This document shows, piece after piece, positions 57,930 through 64,000 of a DNA stretch of 64,000 nt. Source of the stretch: Obrimoposthia wandeli. Lineage: Eukaryota. The DNA lies in assembly GCA_977020255.1 (NCBI GenBank), contig CDROCS010001089.1, positions 248,001 through 312,000 of the forward strand, read 5' to 3'. Every line of letters begins with the position of its first letter. The first letter of the stretch is position 1. The notes beneath the pieces were generated by a model, which searched no databases, was not told the DNA's origin, and saw only the letters and a list, made by a program, of their open reading frames with translations. Made by a program: the position numbers and the translations under genes.

Positions 57930-58880
57930 ATGAAAACTCTCGGCTGCCTATCTTTAGGTAGTCGTTTCAAGCGGTTGTCTGATCGTATGTATAAGGATGT
58001 GGCTAATATCTACCAAGAGCAGGGCATTGAGCTACATCCCACCTACTATCCATTATTCAATTTACTGCACATAAGCGGCCCATTATCAGTGACACAAGCC
58101 GCTGAGGTTTTGAATGTTAGTCACCCTGCGGTAAGTAAAATAGCCAATAAAATGCAAGCTGAAAGCTTGTTATATAAAACCAGTGACCCTAGTGATGAGC
58201 GTCGCTTCTTTTTAGTACTCGATGATAAAGCACTATTAATTGCGCAAAAGTTAGAGCCTATATTATTAGAAATGCGTAGTTACTTGGATGCGATGATCGA
58301 GCGCCAACAAACCCCAATTTTACAAGCATTAGATGAATTTGAGCGCGCTTATGACGAAAAAGGCTTAGTTAACCCTGTGCTAAATGCGCTGGCAAATTCA
58401 GTGCAGCACCAGCAAGTTATCATTAAACCTTGGCATAGCTGCTACAAGGAAAAATTCCATCAGCTGAATTTCGCTTGGATTGAGAAATATTTTAATGCCC
58501 AACTCAACGAGCTTGATCGCCAAGCACTTGAATCACCTGAAAGTTATTATTTAGCGCGCGGTGGCTATATTTGGTTTGCGATAATTGACGAAGAAGTGGT
58601 TGGTTGTATCGCGCTGGCTAATCATGGCGATGGGCTTTACGAAATTTCAAAAATGGCGGTAGATGAGCAATATCAAGGTTATGGTATCGGCCGCAAAATG
58701 CTATTGGCTGCTCTCGATAAATCACGTCAAATTGAAGCTAAGAAGGTATATCTTGAAACCTCTAGCTTATTGCTTAAAGCGTTAACCTTATACGAGCACA
58801 TGGGCTTTGAAACATTACCACAGCCTAATGAAGTAGCAAATTACCAACGTTCTGATATCTATATGGAATTAACAGTATGA
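57930..58880 (+). CDS. MarR-GNAT fusion regulator/acetyltransferase
   Basis: LGSRFKRLS, winged helix SHPAVSK...DERR; C-terminal EISKMAVDEQYQGYGIG, ALTLYEHMGF. Confidence 0.9.
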   Translation: MKTLGCLSLGSRFKRLSDRMYKDVANIYQEQGIELHPTYYPLFNLLHISGPLSVTQAAEVLNVSHPAVSKIANKMQAESLLYKTSDPSDERRFFLVLDDKALLIAQKLEPILLEMRSYLDAMIERQQTPILQALDEFERAYDEKGLVNPVLNALANSVQHQQVIIKPWHSCYKEKFHQLNFAWIEKYFNAQLNELDRQALESPESYYLARGGYIWFAIIDEEVVGCIALANHGDGLYEISKMAVDEQYQGYGIGRKMLLAALDKSRQIEAKKVYLETSSLLLKALTLYEHMGFETLPQPNEVANYQRSDIYMELTV

Positions 58881-59656
58881 ATGAGCTTAAAGCAACGGCA
58901 CAGCCCAATGGCGATGTTGTACAAACTAGTCAAACAAAAGAGTTTTTAGCAGGCGTGGTAGCCACATTCCCACTGCTGGTGGGCGCAGCTCCTTTTGGCA
59001 TTATTTTTGGTACTTTAGCGGAGCCAAACGGCTTATCTGCTCTAGGTGCCATTTTGATGTCATTGATAGTCTTCGCAGGTGCCAGCCAATTTATCGCTTT
59101 AGGCCTACTGGCAGCAGGAGCAAGTGTACCGATTATCATCGCAACCACTTTCATTGTTAACTTTCGCCATATTTTGTACTCAGCTAACTTGGTTTCTAAA
59201 GTTAAGCATTTGCCCCACCACTGGCGCGCAATTATGGCGTTTGGGTTAACTGATGAAACCTTTGCCGCAGTCAACAACCGTTATATGCAGCAAGGGAATT
59301 TAGATAAAGCCCATTGGTTCTATCTAGGCTCTTTTTTAGCGATGTATAGCAATTGGGTATTTTGCACCTATATCGGCCTAACTTTAGGTAACATTTTTCC
59401 GCAAATGCAAAATTGGGGACTAGACTTTGCCATGTCTGTGACGTTCCTTGGCATGGTAGTTCCCTATTTAAAGAGCAAACCTATAGTAGCCGCCGTATTA
59501 GTTTCAGCTGTGTTAGCTATCGTTAGTTACGATTTTGCCCACAAACTCGGACTTTTGTTTGCCTCTTTTTCGGGCATAGCCGTAGGGATTTCATTGATGA
59601 TGTTAGAAAATCGTCAGCAGCGAAAAAACACATCACCTGACAAGGAGGTAAGCTGA
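58877..59656 (+). CDS. azlC: AzlC-family branched-chain amino acid exporter
   Basis: VFAGASQF, VNFRHILYS, LTDETFA. Confidence 0.92.
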   Translation: MNELKATAQPNGDVVQTSQTKEFLAGVVATFPLLVGAAPFGIIFGTLAEPNGLSALGAILMSLIVFAGASQFIALGLLAAGASVPIIIATTFIVNFRHILYSANLVSKVKHLPHHWRAIMAFGLTDETFAAVNNRYMQQGNLDKAHWFYLGSFLAMYSNWVFCTYIGLTLGNIFPQMQNWGLDFAMSVTFLGMVVPYLKSKPIVAAVLVSAVLAIVSYDFAHKLGLLFASFSGIAVGISLMMLENRQQRKNTSPDKEVS

Positions 59657-59976
59657 TGAACGAAGCATATTTAATATCTGGCATGTTTATCGCGACTTTT
59701 AGTGTGCGCTATATACTGTTCGCAGCGGCTGGTAAAGTACGCTTTCCACCTTGGCTCAACAAAGCGTTAGAGTTTGTGCCTCCTGTGGTATTGATGGCAA
59801 TTATTGCTCCTGCAGTCACTATGCCTAAAGGCGAGCTTTGGATTAGCTATGATAACCCTTGGTTACTCGCTTCGATTGTCGCTGTGATCACTGCATTTGT
59901 GCGCAAAGATCTATTAACTACGATTGTGGTTGGCATGCTCGCTTTTGCAGGTTTAAAGTTTGGCTTAGGGCTTTAA
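59656..59976 (+). CDS. azlD: AzlD-family exporter subunit
   Basis: ALEFVPPVVLMAIIAP; overlaps the azlC stop. Confidence 0.9.
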   Translation: MNEAYLISGMFIATFSVRYILFAAAGKVRFPPWLNKALEFVPPVVLMAIIAPAVTMPKGELWISYDNPWLLASIVAVITAFVRKDLLTTIVVGMLAFAGLKFGLGL

Positions 59977-60030
59977 TTGAGACTTCGGCGGTATCTGTTT
60001 AAGTAGAGTGCCGCATCAATAGATAACGAT

Positions 60031-60888
60031 TTAGGTAGATAATGACACTATCATCTTGGCGTATTTCAAAGGTGTTATACCTGCTAGCTCCTTGAATTCT
60101 CTGGTCATATGAGACTGATCAGAGAAACGGTTGTCCAAAGCCAAAGCGGCTAAATCAGTCTGCGGGTAAGATTTTAATAGGTTCAGTGCTTTATTGACTC
60201 TCATTAAACGTAAGTACTGATTAGGCGTCATATCAAGCCATTTTCGATATTGGCGCTCTATTTGACGCTGACTTAGATTAGCTCGGCGAGTTAAAGTATC
60301 AAGCGAACCTTGATTTTCTAACACTTCTAAGGCTTCTAGAAAACTGCTTGGGAGCTTTTTAGAATAATCTATGGCTGATTGTAGCCAACGATACAGCACT
60401 CTAAGCCTATAAAAGTGGCTATCACTAGCGATTAATTCTTTTGCAAGATATTGCAGATTCATGTTCACATTGATTGCGGGTTTAGTTGCGGATAAAGCGG
60501 TCGCTTTAGCAAAAATTTCATCAAATAAAATAGCACTAACCCCCTGTTTGAAACGTATACCAACTAATTTGCAGTTTTTAGGGAGTACCAACTGATGCGC
60601 TTTTTTACTGACCGGTAAAAAAATAGCGCCCTGGCCGAATTCATTACCATCTATAACTATATTGCTGCCAAGATTAAACAGCACACCGCTACATGCATCG
60701 CCCTGCAACCATTGACTTAATTTTGATTGAGGCTCCATATCATTTTTCACAGACCAAATGGCCTGCACATGCGTTGAAAGCCTCCCTCTAGGCTTTAGTA
60801 GCACTAAACCTAGTGGGATATTTTGGCTGACGGTTATATGACTAACGTTCTTTATAACAAATAACCTCTTACTATAAATTTTGATCAT
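60031..60888 (-). CDS. AraC family regulator (DUF6597-type N-terminus)
   Basis: LSQRQIERQY, FSDQSHMTREFKELAGITP. Confidence 0.88.
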   Translation of the reverse strand: MIKIYSKRLFVIKNVSHITVSQNIPLGLVLLKPRGRLSTHVQAIWSVKNDMEPQSKLSQWLQGDACSGVLFNLGSNIVIDGNEFGQGAIFLPVSKKAHQLVLPKNCKLVGIRFKQGVSAILFDEIFAKATALSATKPAINVNMNLQYLAKELIASDSHFYRLRVLYRWLQSAIDYSKKLPSSFLEALEVLENQGSLDTLTRRANLSQRQIERQYRKWLDMTPNQYLRLMRVNKALNLLKSYPQTDLAALALDNRFSDQSHMTREFKELAGITPLKYAKMIVSLST

Positions 60889-60895
60889 TCACGTT

Positions 60896-61363
60896 TTAAT
60901 TTGCTTTCGCCACATAAACGCCTACTTGAGGTTTAAATGCTTTAGCCACTCTATTCCAACTATTAATAGCATTCACAGCAAAGGTTAAATCGACAATGCC
61001 CTGCTCACCAATACTGGCAAGCGTTTGCTGGTACATCTCATCCGTCACTGCTTTGTCGGATATAATCAGCTCGGCCCACGCTAACGCTGTACGTTCATGC
61101 TTAGAATAACACAGCATCTCTCGCCAAGCGCTTAATCCTATTATTCGCTCTGCACTTTCCTCGCTTTCAAGCGCATCTTTAGTATGCATATCAATACAAT
61201 AAGCACATTGATTAATCTGCGAAACCCTTAATTTTACCAGCTCTAATAAACATGAACTCAGCGTATTTGAATCATGCATCTGCCGCGATAATTGTTGTTC
61301 CTGCTCCAGTAGTATTTGCATCATTTTGGGTGATACACTATAAAACTCTGCTCTTTTAATCAT
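60896..61363 (-). CDS. carboxymuconolactone decarboxylase / AhpD-like protein
   Basis: ELVKLRVSQINQCAYCIDMH, INSWNR. Confidence 0.92.
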   Translation of the reverse strand: MIKRAEFYSVSPKMMQILLEQEQQLSRQMHDSNTLSSCLLELVKLRVSQINQCAYCIDMHTKDALESEESAERIIGLSAWREMLCYSKHERTALAWAELIISDKAVTDEMYQQTLASIGEQGIVDLTFAVNAINSWNRVAKAFKPQVGVYVAKAN

Positions 61364-61720
61364 AATATGCTCCTAGTTGATAATAAAATCTGAGCACATC
61401 ATAAAACTTGATAACTGGCATTGATTGAAGATTTTCGACATCATGATTACAAGCACTATTCAGCAGTCGTTATTCTCAATAATGATCTTATTGTCCTGTT
61501 GTAGTTACCTAGCAGCCTGACGGGCTTAACACTAATCTACTGCGATCGAAATTCTCGGATAACCTCCTAGCATTTTGGTCGGTATTTTTTTTATAATTGG
61601 TGCTATCCCTAGTACGACTATTTAGAACATTATGATCCATATTAAACTGGCCCGTTATCTATAATATTGATAATTTAACGCACAGCCATTCTACAAATAA
61701 CAAGATTTCGAGGCACCATT

Positions 61721-62689
61721 ATGACTTTTCCCGTATATGACAATTTAGAGCAAATCGTTGCAGCTTGCCCAAGCTACGCAGCACAAAATGACTATCACGC
61801 GATGTATTCAAGCGTTTTTGGCGGTATTACAACTGACCCAAAATTAATGACTATTCCAGTAGATGATCATTTAGTACACAGAGGCGACGGTGTTTTTGAA
61901 GCTTTTAAAATGCTTGAAGGAAAAGTGTTTTTACTTGATGAGCACTTAGCGCGTTTAGAGCGTTCAGCAGCTGATATCTTCCTTGATTTAAAACACGATA
62001 GAGACGAAATCAAAGCTATTTGCAAGCAGTTGATTGAAGTATGTGGCCTAGATAATGCGCTATTTCGTTTGTACGCATCACGCGGCCCAGGTGGTTTCAC
62101 GCCAAATCCTTATGTTTCAATCGGTCCACAGTTGTACTTAATCGTTTCAACATTAAGCAACCCTGCTGCAACCCTTTATGATGATGGCGCTAAAATTGGT
62201 TTCAGCCAAGTAGCGGTTAAAAGTGGCGGCATGGCGAAAACCAAATCATGTAATTACTTATCCAATGTACTGATGAGCAAAGAAGCGGTTGATAGCAAAC
62301 TTAACTTTGTAATCAATGTAACTGAAGATGGTGATCTTGGTGAAGGCCCGACTGAAAACATCGCGTACTTAACACCTGAAAATGATTTGATCTTCTCAAG
62401 TTTCGATCACACCTTAAGAGGCACTACGCTGTTAAGGCTACAAGAATTATCGCAGAAAATGGTTGAACAAGGCCTTATTCGCGAAATGAAAGAAGCGAAA
62501 CAACAAGCTGATGGTCTAATGAACGCTAAAGAAATATTCATGGTTGGCACCACGCTAGATGCACTACCTGTAGTAGAAGTTGCAGGTAAGATGGTAGGTG
62601 ACGGTAAGCCAGGCCCTGTTGCAAAAGCAGCACGTGCATTGCTTATTGAAGATCAGTTGACTAAAGGTACTGTGTTAGCTAACTGTTAA
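61721..62689 (+). CDS. class IV PLP aminotransferase (D-amino acid/branched-chain type)
   Basis: HRGDGVFE, KSCNY (PLP Lys), EGPTEN, LRGTT, MVGTT. Confidence 0.88.
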   Translation: MTFPVYDNLEQIVAACPSYAAQNDYHAMYSSVFGGITTDPKLMTIPVDDHLVHRGDGVFEAFKMLEGKVFLLDEHLARLERSAADIFLDLKHDRDEIKAICKQLIEVCGLDNALFRLYASRGPGGFTPNPYVSIGPQLYLIVSTLSNPAATLYDDGAKIGFSQVAVKSGGMAKTKSCNYLSNVLMSKEAVDSKLNFVINVTEDGDLGEGPTENIAYLTPENDLIFSSFDHTLRGTTLLRLQELSQKMVEQGLIREMKEAKQQADGLMNAKEIFMVGTTLDALPVVEVAGKMVGDGKPGPVAKAARALLIEDQLTKGTVLANC

Positions 62690-62713
62690 TAGCTACTGCT
62701 GATATGCGCACAG

Positions 62714-62750
62714 CAAGATCAATTTAATCTAATAGATGAAATTGATCTTG
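62714..62750. terminator. bidirectional hairpin between convergent genes
   Basis: CAAGATCAATTT ... AAATTGATCTTG perfect 12-bp stem. Confidence 0.7.
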
Positions 62751-62804
62751 TTTTGTAACGCTCAGCGTTTTGCAATTTTCACAGCTTTTAATATTTTTAC
62801 AACA

Positions 62805-63524
62805 TTAAGCGATTTTACGTTCTACTGTCGCAGCTACCATTCTTGTCAAACTAGTTAAGTCGTACACTGGTAAGTTAAAACGCTGCTGCACTTGTGGTGC
62901 GAAGTGTGATAAATCAGTACATTCTAAAATGATAGAACCTAGATCAGGATTTTCACTGATCAAATTCTCGATCACTGTGAATAATTCATTGCGAAAAATA
63001 TCTACATCAAAATCATTGTGCTTAGCATCCAATATTACGTCTGCAAACTGTGGCTGATGCTGCATACCGGCTAGTGCGATAGGGATGTTCTGTGCACCCA
63101 CGGCTGCAAGATGATCTTCAGAAAGCGCATCACTATTAGCCACAACCACGCCCACTTTACGATGACGCCCAAGGCTGTTATAAACCATAGGGATTTGTAT
63201 CAAGCTTGAAATAAATACCGGAATATCAACAGCATCTGCTATTTCTCGCTGAAATAAAGCTAAGAAACCACAGCTGGCTGTAATCGCTTTAACCCCTTCG
63301 CGTTCGAGTTCTTGTGCCGCTTCAATAAAAGGCTGCAATAACGCAGGATCTCGCTGACCGATTAAACGGGCAATCGTGGCACCCTTTACTGTTTTGTACA
63401 ATACTGGAAAATCAAAACCGGCTGGGTGCTTAATGTGACCAAGCGGCTTTGGAAAATAAGATTCTAAGCAAATAACCCCAATTGGGATGCTGTAATAGTT
63501 AAAACCGCCTTTTAAAATTGTCAT
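62805..63524 (-). CDS. Asp/Glu/hydantoin racemase family protein
   Basis: ITASCGFL and IILECTD with both catalytic-type cysteines. Confidence 0.8.
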   Translation of the reverse strand: MTILKGGFNYYSIPIGVICLESYFPKPLGHIKHPAGFDFPVLYKTVKGATIARLIGQRDPALLQPFIEAAQELEREGVKAITASCGFLALFQREIADAVDIPVFISSLIQIPMVYNSLGRHRKVGVVVANSDALSEDHLAAVGAQNIPIALAGMQHQPQFADVILDAKHNDFDVDIFRNELFTVIENLISENPDLGSIILECTDLSHFAPQVQQRFNLPVYDLTSLTRMVAATVERKIA

Positions 63525-63597
63525 ACTTATCCTTTGTGTAATGATCTATAAATAATTCTTGTCTATGATTCTAATTCTAATTAACTAGCTCTAACTC

Positions 63598-64000
63598 TTA
63601 GTTAAAACGCTCTGCGCTAAAAGCGCTGATATCCACTGCTGGCGTCTTACCTGTCACTAAATCAGTAACTACTTGGCCAGTCACTGATGCTAGCGTTAAG
63701 CCTAAATGGCCATGCCCAAAAGCTAAGGTAACATTCGGTTTCGCTTTCATTTTAGCAATCACCGGTAATGAGTCAGGTGTGGTTGGACGACTTCCTACCC
63801 AGCTTGATTCAACACTTACATCATCACCAAGCATGGCTTTAGCATGGCCTAGCATTACTGCTTTGCGCCGTTCGCTTGGAGCGCTATCAAGATGTGTATA
63901 TTCAGCAGTACCTGCTACTCTAATGCCTGATTGCATCGGTGTCATATGCACCCCTTGGTTCATCCACGCTATTGGTCGCGTTAGCTGGTTGTCACCCGCT
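63598..64000 (-). CDS. D-amino acid dehydrogenase-like FAD oxidoreductase, C-terminal part (runs off the window)
   Basis: WVGSRPTTPDSLPVI, AFGHGHLGLT; the reading frame is open to position 64000. Confidence 0.88.
   Translation of the reverse strand, partial: AGDNQLTRPIAWMNQGVHMTPMQSGIRVAGTAEYTHLDSAPSERRKAVMLGHAKAMLGDDVSVESSWVGSRPTTPDSLPVIAKMKAKPNVTLAFGHGHLGLTLASVTGQVVTDLVTGKTPAVDISAFSAERFN

Noticed and set aside
1475-63963. Many short track ORFs antisense or out of frame to long genes (e.g. 1475-1705, 2055-2462, 4862-5137, 12744-13025, 14675-15118, 18557-18928, 22779-23093, 38742-39122, 52660-53058, 58930-59277)
   Set aside because: Fully overlapped by well-supported genes, no recognisable motifs; treated as shadow ORFs.
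1-64000. CRISPR array, integron cassette array, rRNA, intact transposase or integrase
   Set aside because: No regularly spaced repeat-spacer series, attC array, rRNA sequence or DDE/tyrosine recombinase ORF was recognised.

Overview
AT-rich window that looks like chromosome of a Gammaproteobacterium, probably marine (inferred from gene content and style, not from a database). It opens with a complete clade I nitrous oxide reductase cluster, nosRZDFYL. The cluster is preceded by a CusF-like copper-chaperone gene behind tandem FNR-type boxes, and has three MITE-like insertions in or beside it. The middle is a patchwork of accessory regulators and enzymes: a two-component pair, three intact c-di-GMP enzymes, LysR/TetR/AraC/LytTR regulators, a GH42 beta-galactosidase, an OprD porin and a GST/FMN-reductase operon. 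Many small decayed gene remnants lie between them. A tRNA-Arg(CCG) on the minus strand (42822-42898) has one exact and one degenerate copy of its 3' end downstream, marking integrase-less cargo islets. The right part holds cytochrome c5, tesA-ybbAP, nadV, a non-coding cluster of DnaA boxes with an IHF-like site, azlCD and a probable D-amino-acid metabolism cluster cut by the window end. One ORF-track strand label is wrong: 15253-16389 is on the minus strand. All family calls come from motif recognition by eye; no searches were run.
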